Positions 51,836 to 64,000 of a DNA stretch of 64,000 nucleotides are shown in pieces. The notes under the pieces are model-generated. The model ran no database searches. It had not been told where the DNA came from and saw nothing but the letters and a program-made list of their open reading frames with translations. Origin of the DNA: Octopus sinensis (taxonomy: Eukaryota); the NCBI RefSeq assembly GCF_006345805.1, contig NC_042998.1, forward strand, positions 56,730,001 through 56,794,000, given 5' to 3'. Within the stretch, counting starts at the first letter, position 1. Every line of letters starts with the position of its first letter. The position numbers and the translations under genes are program-made.

Positions 51836-53715
51836 CCTCCTTCTTCCCTTCCTTCCTGAGCGTCCAATAATACTATATTTGTTCCACGTTCTCGCGTTGT
51901 TGTTTTTTCTCTTGGTGTTTTCATGTTTGGATTAACTATATATTTATATATATATATACATATATATATATATAAATAAACACACATACACACACGTTCA
52001 TACACAGATATACTCATGTATACATCAGTACACACCAGAGACTCCCATCCAGCACTTATATACACACACAGGCATATAGAAACACTTCAACATGCACTTA
52101 CATGTACGCGCTCACAATACTACTCAGACACACACCAATAAACAGGCACAGATCAATAAACAGCGCACATCTCCATGGGTACATAGCAGTGTATGGAATG
52201 ATAGCATGATGTTCCCTGTTCAATGTGGATTACGACAATTCGGTGCTGTGTTTACAGGGTGGTGATATTTGAAGGTTGCTTTTATGGCATGTAAACGTGT
52301 AATGCGTTCAGTTAATTTATTAATGACCTTTTCCCTCCCAGTAAGCAAGATTGATCGGGATTCTTCAAAGCACAATCGACACTTTCTTACACACTTTCAT
52401 TCTCACACATAGACACGCATTCACATTCACACACACATGCATATTTGAAGCCGAGGTTTCTCTTCGCCGCTACGTAAAGTCTTGCGTCTTCGCTTGTGCT
52501 GCAATTAAAATTTAACATTTCAAGTTTGCGACATCTGAGCATTAATTGATATTACATCAGTAAATGGGTTTGACGCATGCTTTATATAACAACTATGGAT
52601 GGAGCAATGTACAGAATGAAAAAAAACATCTCGGGAATCAAGTGTTTTAACAACAAACATAATAAAAGCAAGTGCAGATACATCAAGCTCCACAATGTAG
52701 ATTTTTAATCTTTCATCGGAGAACCTTTTGCTCAAAATTGCCTTAAAGTTTGTAAAAGACAACATGCAGACAAGTTATTTTCTGCTGCTATGGAGGGCTG
52801 TGATAGAGCTGAAGTATGCGAGTTGGTAGGCTTTTAAGTTCTGGGCAATTTCCCGCTATACGAACTGCTGCCATCTAGGTACATCTAAGAATGATTTCAG
52901 AGAATTTACTGAAAAAGTTATCAAGAAAGCATTGGGAGTTTCTTACCTACAACAGTAAATCTAAACATTAATAAATTTCACCCTTACAGAAAACGTAACA
53001 AAAAGCTATTCTCCGACATAGTAATCCCTCTTATTGTGACAAAATACCTAGTCACATATTTCCATAATATCCTACGACGAAATATCTTTCAATTGCGTAA
53101 ATAAACTGTTTCTAGAAAAAAGAAGTGTTACGTACAGAACATAGAACACAGATCACCAAAAATAGGGAATGGAAACTAGTATGATCTACCCACTTTCTTG
53201 TAAATGTAGCATTCATTATAGCTAGGAGAATTTTAACATTGATACCAGAATATTTCAAATACCATAAACTACTTCGTAACTATATAGTAAGATCCAGTTA
53301 CAGGTACACTGAAAATCTACCTCATTACCCATGTATCTCGAATTACTGGTAAATAACACACATGTAGAAGCAAATTAAAAAACCTGCTTCAGTCTAATTA
53401 CGTTCATGTTACATCTTTTTCTCTTGATAGCGGATGCCCAAGGAAGGCCATGATGCATCGAACCAAAGTATATTTTGTTCCTTCTTTGCAACAGAAAATA
53501 AACGCATGATCTCTCTACTATGTGCTTGTCATGAAATATTCGTGGAAGTACACAAAGGGGGTTTCCTGCTGTCTCCCATCGGATTTTTTCAAAGACATCA
53601 CACCATCTTGTCGGTTAGATATGGACAAGTTTGCATTACTTCCCAGGTTACCCGAGCATTGAGTTAGCCCTCGCGCTCACACACACACACACATGCAAAT
53701 CTTAATGCTTTTGGT

Positions 53716-53751
<36 letters not shown>

Positions 53752-55032
53752 ATTTATATGCATATATAAATTTGTTGATCCATATTTTCTTAGCACAGAA
53801 CCTCCTCCACAAGTTCTAATGAAGGACAATTCTATCCATGCACGGAGAAACGTCTTCACTCTTGACATAGAAGTGATCAGTACTGATCAAGCAAATCTAC
53901 GATTGAAGTCTTTCTCGGCGAGACCGTCTCATCTTATTTATCGAAAACTACACTATACAATGTGTTCTTCCTCTTTTTACACGGTATGGTGTGATATGAG
54001 GGATATTTAGTTATTTTATTTAGAAGGCTGAGTGAACATGTAGGAGCTTCCTCGTTGGCTCATTCGTGCGTCAATTTATGTTTTCTGAGCGATCAAAAGA
54101 GATTCTAACACAACGTATATTGAAAATCTTGTCGGTTCTCTATTTAATTGACAAAACATTAGTTGCGTAAAGTTGAATGAATGTCTATACCCATCTTCAG
54201 AGGGAACTCAGACAACCATCACAGTTCACCACCACAGACTATGGCCTCATGCTGCAGCCATTTATTCGGTTAGGATCCTTCCTTTTCAGTCCTTGATGCC
54301 ATCTATCTCCATCTCTGTCACCTGCGAGCACGATTTCCGCCCATCCAGTCAGCAAGGATACAGACACGGAGATTTTGCGTCTTAAAAACGTGGCCAAAAC
54401 AATGCAGGTTTTGACGGTTCAGTTTCGTCATCGACTTTTGTCCCCTTTTCCTCTTCTCCAGGACTGACTCGTTCCTTTTAAGGGCCTACCAACTAAACTG
54501 CAGCGTTCCCCTGTAGCATGTCATCTCGAACGCCCTCAGTCGTTTGGTATTGCTACACCTTGGGTCAAATCACGTTATTCACTTTACAAAGGATTCAAGT
54601 TCTGGCTAACCATCTAACTGAAAGCAACACATCGCGAAATTCACAATGATAGCACATGTAGCACAGGAAGGGTGCCTGCGTAAAGTGCGAAGGGTATATT
54701 TTTTCTTTAATTTCTTGTCCTGTTTATTCCCAACATTTAACATGTACCTGATTAACATTCATATTTCCACTTTTAGCGAGTTAGGGTATTTCCTTAAATG
54801 GTGTGTTTAAAAATGTAACTATGATTTCTGTAGACAATATTCACTTCTAAACTTCAACCTTTCAAATACTGTTCAACATTTAATAATCGGAAAATAATCT
54901 AAGTAGTTATAGTGTTAACATCAAGGGAGATGATTCCAAGTTATTTAAATATGAGAAATTATTTATTTATAGCTAGGCAATATTGATTTCTCTTACTATA
55001 GTTGACATTTGAATGAAACTTAAAAAAAGGTT

Positions 55033-55113
<81 letters not shown>
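55033..55113. repeat. (TCTA)n microsatellite followed by (TG)n/(TGCG)n
   Basis: Directly visible. Confidence 0.95.
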
Positions 55114-55124
55114 AAAACAGTGCA

Positions 55125-55156
<32 letters not shown>

Positions 55157-55407
55157 TGCGTGCGTGCGTGCGTGCGTGCGAGCGCTTGTTGTTTGCTTAC
55201 CTGGTACGGAGTTTGCAGACATGTAAAGCGATTGCAAAAGCGAATTAAAAGAAAAGTGAGATTTCAACGGTTATCGACATAAAAACTTTGTATTTAATTC
55301 TCGACTACAGTAGTTGTAGACAGGAGCAAATACGTATATTCCTATACTAAAATAACTTACATATACAATACATGTACACGTATACCACACACATACATAC
55401 AATGTGT

Positions 55408-55445
<38 letters not shown>

Positions 55446-56291
55446 TTATACACATATAAATTTGACATGGGCGATTCTTTCTTGTCTTGGGATTCATGGT
55501 CAAACAGCTGGGTGGAATTGCGCGAAAAATAACACAGATGTGTAGAATGATCCTGTGGTGTTGCTGGGCTTTGTATTTTTTCATAGCACCCATGGTTACT
55601 GAGATAATCTACTATAATAATACTGTTGTGTTTATGAATGGGAAAGGTAAGGGTGATAGATGGATAAGGAAGGAAGGGGTGATATACTTGGTAGTGGGAT
55701 GATGAAAATTGTACGCTGAAAAAATAAATCAAACAGCGTATCAACTCTGTGTGAATATATGTGTATGTATGTAAAAGAGGGGTATGTGAATGTGTGTGTG
55801 TGATTGTGTGTCTTTGTGTGTGTGCGTGCGTGTGCGCGCGACATGGAAGTGAAATTTTTTGTGAAGTTTTTCTTTGTAGTGTTTCAGTTATTTGTTTTTC
55901 AGTTTCAGATGTATTTTTTTCCTTTTGGTATATAAATTTTGTGTAATATTTTGCATTGAGGTTGAGGTATTTAATGTTTTTCAGTTATTATGTTTTTGCT
56001 GTTTTTTGACCTTCGAAAATTAAAAAGATTTTTGACCTAATTTTATTTCTTTTAATTTTTGTTTTATTTTTTATGTTTGTTTCTGTTGTTTTGCATCTTT
56101 GTTCGCTTACTATTTGGGCTTATTTTTTGATTTGGTTGAATCGTGGTTGCCTTTTTTTTGTTGGTCTGTTTTGACAGAAAAAGTCATTCTAAAATTGTTT
56201 TTTAACGTAAGCGTGCCCAAGCAAGTCGAATGCTTACACAGAGCTGGTTTTACAGCCACATCATCTAATCCGACCGACAAATAAAATATTC

Positions 56292-56718
56292 TTTTATTTG
56301 TTTCAGTCGTTTGACTGTGAATATGCTGGAGTATTGCCTTTTAAGTCGAGGAAATCCAGCCCAGGACTTAATCTTTGTAAGCCTGGTACTTATTCTATCG
56401 TTCTCTTTTGTGGAACCGCTAAGCTACTGAGACATAAAAACACCAACATCGGTTATCAAGCGATGGTGTGTGTATGTGATGGTGGGGGTATGTATGACAA
56501 ACAATGAAACAAATACGCACACACGCACACACACGTGTATTTATGTATATATATGACGGGCTTCTTTCAGTTTCCGAAAACCAAATCCACTCCCAAGGCT
56601 TTGGTCAGCCCAAAGCTATAATAGAAGACTCTTGGCCCAAGGTGCCATGCAGTGGGACTGATCCCGGAACCATATGGTTGGGAAGCAAGCTTCTTACTAC
56701 ACACTCACGCCTGCGCCA
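56292..56718 (-). mobile_element. SINE family A, moderately diverged
   Basis: Tail, centre and head all present. Confidence 0.85.
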
Positions 56719-57029
56719 TATGCTGAATGTTAAATCAACATGTGTTAGTATGAGCTGGATGAGTTTTGTCTTTCACTGAAACCTCACAGGAGATCACTTA
56801 CCTTTACCTTTCAAGCGATGGAAGTCAAGAAACACATATTTCTTACATATATACGTACATATATAATCACTCTGAATGTCTGGTTGTCACCAACTATAAT
56901 TGCTTACTGTTGTAGGTATATTTGTCATTAGTTATAAACATTAGGTTTGGCTGCGTTTTGACATGTTACAAGTTGTGATTGTTCATATAGATTTGAGTAT
57001 AATTATAAATACATATAATGTATATATTT

Positions 57030-57259
57030 CTTTATTGCCCACAAGGGGCTAAACATAGAGAGGACAAACAAGGACAGACAAATATATTAAGTCGATTACA
57101 TCGACCCCAGTGCGAAACTGGTACTTTTTTATTTATCGACCCCGAAAGGATGAAAGGCAAAGTCGACCTCGGCGGAATTTGAACTCAGAACGTAACGACA
57201 GACGAAATACCGCTAAGCATTCCGCCCGGCGCGCTAACGTGTCTGCCAGCTCGCCGCCT
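57030..57259 (-). mobile_element. SINE family B with 22-bp TSD
   Basis: AATACATATAATGTATATATTT at 57008-57029 and 57261-57282; head AGGCGGCGAGCTGGCAGA...GAGTTCAAATTCC. Confidence 0.95.
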
Positions 57260-57991
57260 TAATACATATAATGTATATATTTACAGGTAAACGTCGCTAA
57301 TTGACCTAGTTGTGTGAAGGAGTTTGGAGGTGTATGCAGAACGCGTATATGTAATAGACACTCTTAGCCGCGTTCAGCATGTATGTCGAAGAAAACCGAC
57401 ATTTCACTAGCACGGTTATATGACAGTTTAAACTGGATGAGAAAGTGTGTTCGATAGCACGGTGAAAATATCTGTGGAAATAAATTTAAGAAGTCGTGTT
57501 TGTTCTGAAAATGCTCTTGAGTTTCATCATACTGGGTTGACTGTATCTTGTTGTGTTGACAAAAGCTTCAATATATCTCCATATTGTCGCATGAAAATTA
57601 ATCTTAAACTAATTCATTTATCCTTATAATATACGATGAGAGCTCGTACACACTATACAAAAGAGAAGAACGGACTGGATTTAACACTAACCGTTTATTT
57701 ACAGAAAGTACTAAAAATATAAACAGTAAATTCATCACAACATAATCATGATGAAAACATTGTAGTACATAATATATATTTCTTTATTGCCCACAAGGGG
57801 CTAAACATAGCAGCCTGTTCAACAGAAAATGAGGACCAACCATGTGCCAATGTATCTCTCTCTCTCTATTTCTCTTTCCCTCTGTCTTTCTCTCACTCTC
57901 TTCTCCCCTCTCTCTCCCTCTCTCCGGCTTTGATATTCTGTATGTATGTATGTATGTATGTATCTATCTATCTACCTATCTATGTATGTAT

Positions 57992-58484
57992 GTGATTATT
58001 CAGGTTTATTTCAAGATTTCTTGTCAATAGAGAAAGAGGTGGTTTCTAAATTAGATCCAAGGCTCCTTCATTGGAATTTCAACATCAACAGGGTATTTTT
58101 GTATGCATGTATGTATATGTGCAGATTTGTATGTTTCGTTTTATGTATGCATTCTCATGCATATAGTTCCATATCTAGGCATGTTCATAGATATCTAAAT
58201 GAGAAACTTCTGGAAAGTTTTACAAATTTTTACAGTTCCAGAGATGGTTTCAATCTGTAGTCTTTGAATCAGTTTTCTTCTTTCTAGTTTTGAGAGGCCT
58301 AATTTATCAAGATTGGCTGATAGGCAGTGCGCAACACATCCCAGTGCTCCAATAATTACAGGTGTGAATCTGAACTTGCAATCTGGATAGTGTAAATGTA
58401 GATTTCTCAATAGTTCAGTGTAGGCATTTTATTTTTCGCTGATCTTCAGCTTTATGTTAACATCCGCTGGGCAACTGATTTCCT
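57992..58484 (-). mobile_element. R4/Dong-like element, short 5'-truncated copy
   Basis: EISCPADVNIKLKISEK...KICKTFQKF plus 3' UTR; both junctions at TACA-type repeats. Confidence 0.9.
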
Positions 58485-58575
58485 TGTGCGTATGTACGTA
58501 CGTACGTACGTATGTATGTATGTATGTATGTATGTATGTATGTATGTATGTATGTATGTATGTATGTATGTATGT

Positions 58576-58620
<45 letters not shown>

Positions 58621-58801
58621 AAAGGGCTTAGTAAAATAAATTACTTTGCCGCATACTGAACTCATTAGAAATAGCAGCTAAAAAACTTTTTTAAAAACTA
58701 TTTCTAATACTTAAGAAAACCTCTCTCATATAGTGTTTGCTCAATTCAACTCACGCCAATATGGGGGTAGAGACATTAAAAAATCAAGTGCAAAGGTTAT
58801 T

Positions 58802-58853
58802 TGAGAACGTACGTTTCAAGATTAGTCAACACGACATTTCTATCATCAGCTCA
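58802..58853 (-). ncRNA. Type I hammerhead ribozyme motif
   Basis: Reverse complement of 59330-59381. Confidence 0.75.
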
Positions 58854-59329
58854 GACTCCCTGGTTTGGATTTGAAAACACTGAAAGTGGGAGCATACCCT
58901 TTCGGCTTCCTCTCGCTTCTGAAGATCTGCTCCCAACTAACAGTGCCAACAAACCCAAAATGCAAGCGAAGAATTTCTGCTCTCCCCCTTCCACCAGCGT
59001 GGGTTAAAATCAGTAAACACTATGCTTTTTGCGGTAAAGTCCGCGGCATTATATAGAGAGAGATGAATTATAATTTCAACAATTGAGGGTAAAATTAATT
59101 AATTAATCAATTTCACCAAGTATTCAGTATGCAAAGGGACCATTTAAGGCGAATTCAAATTATTACATTATATAAAAGGGCTTAGTAAAATAAATTACTT
59201 TGCCGCATACTGAACTCATTAGAAATAGCAGCTAAAAAACTTTTTTAAAAACTATTTCTAATACTTAAAGAGGAAGCCGAAAGGGTATGCTCCCACTTTC
59301 AGTGTTTTCAAATCCAAACCAGGGAGTTC

Positions 59330-59381
59330 TGAGCTGATGATAGAAATGTCGTGTTGACTAATCTTGAAACGTACGTTCTCA
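59330..59381 (+). ncRNA. Type I hammerhead ribozyme motif
   Basis: TGAG-CTGATGA(59334-59340)-tAGA..GTC(GTGTT)GAC..TCTt-GAAA(59366-59369)-CGTACG-TT-CTCA; palindromic ACGTACGT; GUU triplet. Confidence 0.75.
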
Positions 59382-59673
59382 AATAACCTTTGCACTTGAT
59401 TTTTTAATGTCTCTACCCCCATATTTGCGTGAGTTGAATTGAGCAAACACTATATGAGAGAGGTTTTCTTTAAGTATTAGAATAGTTTTTAAAAAAGTTT
59501 TTTAGCTGCTATTTCTAATGAGTTCAGTATGCGGCAAAGTAATTTATTTTACTAAGCCCTTTTATATAATGTAATAATTTGAATTCGCCTAAATGGTCCC
59601 TTTGCATACTGAATACTTGGTGAAATTGATTAATTAATTAATTTTACCCTCAATTGTTGGAATATATATATAT

Positions 59674-59705
<32 letters not shown>

Positions 59706-60319
59706 CACATGTATGTATGTGAGTGTGTATTCCATGCTTGAGACTTCTAAAAAGCAAGTAATATTTTTTTTCAGCAAACAAACACCTCCTCACACATATA
59801 CAACCACAATTCATACATTTACAACATGAAAGTTATACTGGTGCTGAGCGGCCACGAATACCCTTTTCGCCGTCGTCATTATCTTCCAGTTTCTTTCATA
59901 TCCTTCCCCAGTTCAACCCTGACCAAGCAAACAAACGATCAAAAGTATTTCCGCCGCGACTCTTTCTTCTTTTGAGGAACACGTCTGGGTCAATATTATC
60001 TAAATAATCATTTCCTTGTTTAAGACGTGTGGAATCAAAAGTAGGACAGGAGGTGTCACTACTCTCTGCTCGAGTTAAAGTGGGTGGGTCTTCATCTCCG
60101 TGTCTTCTTACTATTTTACAGTCGCGTCGCGATTTTCCAAAATATTTAGTATTATAATTGACGTAAGATTGACATTTTTACTACTTCTCTATACATCCTT
60201 CAGTATAGATGTAAATAAAAAATAAGAGTTCTTTTTTATTTATAAAAAATATTGCCAGCCGATATAAATAATCATTTCTACCACAAGCTCCAGGCCTGAA
60301 ATTTTGTGTGTGTGTGGGG

Positions 60320-60500
60320 GGGTTACCAGTCGATTACATCGACCCATGTATGCAATTGGTACTTAATTTATCAACCCTGAAAAGATGAAAGGCAAAGTCG
60401 ACTTTGGCGAAATTTGAACTCAGAATGGAGAGCGACTGGCGAAATACCACTACGCATTTCGTTCAGAGCGAAAAAAAGATTCTGCCACCTCGCCGCCTTC
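60320..60500 (-). mobile_element. Diverged SINE family B variant (others at about 37995-38350 and 57780-57810)
   Basis: GTCGATTACATCGACCC...GAAAGGCAAAGTCGAC...ATTTGAACTCAGAA. Confidence 0.7.
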
Positions 60501-60625
60501 GCCGACATAAATAATAATGGAAACAACATATTGCTGTCCCAATACCTAGAGTAGTGGAATCTGGTATCCTACACACGCAAACACACACACACACATACAC
60601 ACACACAAACGCACACATTATATAT

Positions 60626-60659
<34 letters not shown>

Positions 60660-60660
60660 C

Positions 60661-60770
60661 ACTTCACTTGACCGACCAGTCCATCAGATGTAGTTACACA
60701 TCGCTGGTCACAATGCGTTCGCATTGTTTTATCCTTGGAATGACGCCACCCCACTGGCTAAGCGAGCAGG

Positions 60771-60773
<3 letters not shown>
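60661..60773 (-). mobile_element. SINE body fragment shared with 23066-23180
   Basis: GACCGACCAG...CATCGCTGGTCACAATGCG...CTGGCTAAGCGAGCAGGCCAA. Confidence 0.7.
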
Positions 60774-60810
<37 letters not shown>

Positions 60811-60890
60811 CATATACATATAAGTATCTATACATATTTATGTGTGTCTATGTATGTATTTATGCCTATATGGGCATAAATACATGCATG

Positions 60891-61345
60891 GGCACAGGAG
60901 TGGCTGTGTGGTAAGTAGCTTGCTTATCAACCACATGGTTCCGGGTTCTGTCTCACTGCGTGGCACCTTGGGCAAGTGTATTCTACTATAGCCTCGGGCC
61001 GATCAATGCCTTGTGAGTGGATTTGGTAGACAGAAATTGAAGGAAGTCCGTCGTATATATGTATATATATGTATGTATGTGTCCGTATATTTTTGTGTGT
61101 CTGTGTTTGTCCTCCCACCATCGCTTGACAACCGATGGTGGTGTATATATGTCCCCGTAACTTAGCGGTTCGGCAAAAGTAATCGATAGAATAAGTACTA
61201 GGCTTGCAAAGAATAAGTACTAGGCTTGCAAAGAATAAGTACTAGGCTTGCAAAGAATAAGTCCCGGGGCGATTTGCTCGACTAAAGACGGTGCTCCAGC
61301 ATTGTCGCAGTCAAATGACTGAAACAAGTAAAAGAGTAAAAGAGT
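60891..61345 (+). mobile_element. SINE family A with an internal 22-bp triplication
   Basis: GAATAAGTACTAGGCTTGCAAA three times at about 61189-61254. Confidence 0.9.
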
Positions 61346-61388
61346 ATATATGTGTGTTTATCTTAATCTCTCCTACATTTGTTCTGTA

Positions 61389-61646
61389 TTTCATAACTAG
61401 TAATACTATTTAGTATTGGAGTTTCTTAAACACAATTCTAGAAACGGAATGGAATACGAATAATCTAAGTTGAACTCAAGGGTGTAGCAATTGTACACCT
61501 AATAAAAATGATCAGTTAGGTTTGAGCTCTACCCTAACTGAGCATTTTTACTATTGTTATTATTCTTATTTTATAGTCGCCTTAAATATTCTAATCCTTG
61601 TACCCCTATTAATTCGTACTCAGCTTATATAAGGTAATACAGGTAT
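61389..61646. repeat. 258-bp local direct duplication (second copy 62090-62347)
   Basis: Near-identical copies offset by 701 bp. Confidence 0.95.
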
Positions 61647-61800
61647 CTGTACAACTTAAAATAGTTCAATTTAATTAAATCAATATATAGTTAAATATGT
61701 TCTTTAACCTCAGTTGCTCCCTTATTAAATACCAGCTAAATCCAATTTGATCAATCTCCATAGAAACCATATAATAAGTTAATATTTAGATAAGTAATAA

Positions 61801-62030
61801 CTCTTTTACTCTTTTACTCTTTTACTTGTTTCAGTCATTTGACTGCGGCCATGCTGGAGCACCGCCTTTAATGGAGCAACTCGACCCCGGGACTTATTCT
61901 TTTTGTAAGCCCAGGACTTATTCTATCGGTCTCTTTTGCCGAACCGCTAAGTAACGGGGACATAAACACACCAGCATCGGTTGTCAAGCAATGCTAGGGG
62001 GACAAACAAGGACACACAAACACACACACG

Positions 62031-62065
<35 letters not shown>

Positions 62066-62507
62066 TATATACATATATATACATATATATTTCATAACTA
62101 GTAATACTATTTAGTATTGGAGTTTCTTAAACACAATACTAGAAACGGAATGGAATACGAATAATCTAAGTGGAACTCTAGGGAGTAGCAATTGTACATC
62201 TAATAAAAATTATCAGTTAGGTTTGAGCTCTACCCTAACTGAGCATTTTTACTATTGTTATTATTGTTATTTTATAGTCGCCTTAAATATTCTAATCCTT
62301 GTACCCCTATTAATTCGTACTCAGCTTATATAAGGTAATACCGGTATGGCTGTGTGGTAAGTAGCTTGCTAACCAACCACATGGTTCCGGGTTCAGTCCC
62401 ACTGCGTGGCATCTTGGGCAAGTGTCTTCTGCTATAGCCCCGGGCCGACCAATGCCTTGTGAGTGGATTTGGTAGACGGAAACTGAAAGAAGCCTGTCGT
62501 ATATATG

Positions 62508-62540
<33 letters not shown>

Positions 62541-62910
62541 TTGTGTGTCTGTGTTTGTCTCCCTAGCATTGATTGACAACCGATGCTGGTGTGTTTACGT
62601 CCCCGTCACTTAGCGGTTCGGCAAAAGAGACCGATAGAATAAGTACTGGGCTTACAAAGAATAAAGTCCCGGGGTCGATTTGCTCGACTAAAGGCGGTGC
62701 TCCAGCATGGCCGCAGTCAAATGACTGAAACAATTAAAAGAGTAAAAGAGTAAAAGAGTATACAACGGGCTTCTTTTCAGTTTCCGTCTACCAAATCCAC
62801 TCACAAGGCTTTGGTCGGCCCGAGGCTATAGTAGAGGACACTTGCCCAAGGTGCCACGCAGTGGGACTGAACCCTGAACCATGTGGTTGGTAAACGAGCT
62901 ACTTACCACA
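61801..62910 (-). mobile_element. Split SINE family A (tail 61801-62030, head 62765-62910) containing the duplication and a plus-strand SINE A (62347-62760)
   Basis: Tail and head halves are collinear on the minus strand, interrupted at the central (TA)n. Confidence 0.8.
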
Positions 62911-64000
62911 CGTAAATAAACTAATTCTTTGCAATTTTCTTTACCTCCCACTATTATGATATAAGTTTGGTATATACTCAAAATATTCAAAAAAGTTTTA
63001 TCCTTTTCTTAAAATTTCATTCTTAATAATCTCCTTGGTTGCCCTAAATTTTAACTTTATACAATAAGACAATATTGTTTGAAATAATCTTTAGAAATTA
63101 CTTGATTTATCTCTTTCTTAAATGGCTCTACCCTCCTGATCTTCGTATTTATAAGGGCCTTTATATAAATAACCCTTCTAAACAAGTACCACTAAGAAAC
63201 CATAAATATCATGTAGGGAGTAACAATAATAACTTCTTAAACCTATAATATAACCGTTAATTAAAAAAAAAAGATTAGTGTAAAATATGATTGTTTCATA
63301 ACTTAAAAATTCCTTTAGCCGATACCAAACATCAGTCTTTTATTGATATTAGCTAAATAAGTAAGTATATAATTTGTAATCTAATATATTTTGAATTATT
63401 ATACTTTTTCTAAAAATCTTCTCTATTGGTGTTAACAATCTACATATACTTTACCATAGTATTAGTAATTTAGCCATCATATTTCCTATTCTATGGTTTT
63501 CTGCCCTAATTTATTATTTTATTCTATTTCTTTATTATTTTATAATCAGCCTTTATTTATTTATAAAATTAATCTAATTTTTGTATCTCTATAAATTCAT
63601 ACTTAGCTTATATAAAACTATACTAGTATATTCACTACTTATTAAAACATACTGCTTAGATTAAAATTTTATTAATATATAATTAACGTGTTCTTTTACC
63701 CCAATACTCCTTTATTAATACCAGTATATACCAATAAATCAATATTCACAAATGCTATCTGATAAGTTAGTATTTAAGTATACAATATGTATAAATATTA
63801 AACTATTTCTGGATAATTTATTTTCCTCCCTCTATTGTGGTAAGAAGTTTGGTATATACTCAAAAGTATTCATAAATTTCTATTCTTTTGTTATAATATT
63901 CTTCTTCATAATCTTTTGAATAACCGTAAACTTTAACTGTTTACATAGCAACATTGTTTAAAATATTTAACAATAGTACCATAAGATAAGACTTCCCCTG
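62911..64000. repeat. AT-rich diverged tandem units, period 882 bp, continuing in 61346-61800
   Basis: AAGTTTGGTATATACTCAAAA at 62963 and 63845; 61346-61800 aligns to about 63300-63790. Confidence 0.7.

Larger units (their letters stand above)
58614..59662. mobile_element. PLE pLTR-like complex P-Q-R-S-P-Q'-P'-S'
   Basis: P direct repeat at 58614-58714 and 59168-59268; Q (58715-58913) inverted at 59269-59468; S-P (59075-59268) inverted at 59470-59662; (TA)n on both sides. Confidence 0.85.

Noticed and set aside
52230-52400. Unique TAAT/ATTA-rich stretch that could be an enhancer
   Set aside because: No conservation or functional data are visible from a single sequence.
54173-54600. Possible host exon (CTCCAG acceptor at about 54460) or RTE 3' end
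   Set aside because: All frames close quickly after the acceptor and the peptide similarity is too weak.
62911-64000. ABC-transporter-like peptide (GKSYL...TVKVY) and a claim of a non-standard genetic code
   Set aside because: Stop density is near random expectation in most frames, the frame of best similarity switches, and AT-biased decay explains the TGA/TGG and TAA/CAA alignments equally well. Kept only as a hypothesis.

Overview
Repeat-saturated, AT-rich eukaryotic genomic DNA with no host protein-coding exon, rRNA, tRNA gene or CRISPR array that I can support. Most listed ORFs are microsatellite artefacts (YIYI, CVCV, THTH, LSIY). The tRNA-derived SINE families resemble, from memory, octopus SINEs, so a coleoid cephalopod source is inferred but not verified. 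Contents: four SINE families in more than 25 full or partial copies; three mariner copies (one near-intact), a Tc1 and a maT fragment; a Helentron remnant (Rep, PIF1 C-terminus, APE endonuclease); five R4/Dong-like RLE retrotransposon pieces sitting in (TACA)n; and Penelope-like element (PLE) remnants (RT and GIY-YIG pseudogenes). The most notable signal is about 11 type I hammerhead ribozyme (HHR) motifs. Most lie in inverted-repeat hairpins, usually abutting (TA)n, and all five hairpins have the same outward polarity. One motif carries a compensatory G3-C8 core swap (GUGAACA). All alignments and folds were done by eye; no database search or folding program was run.
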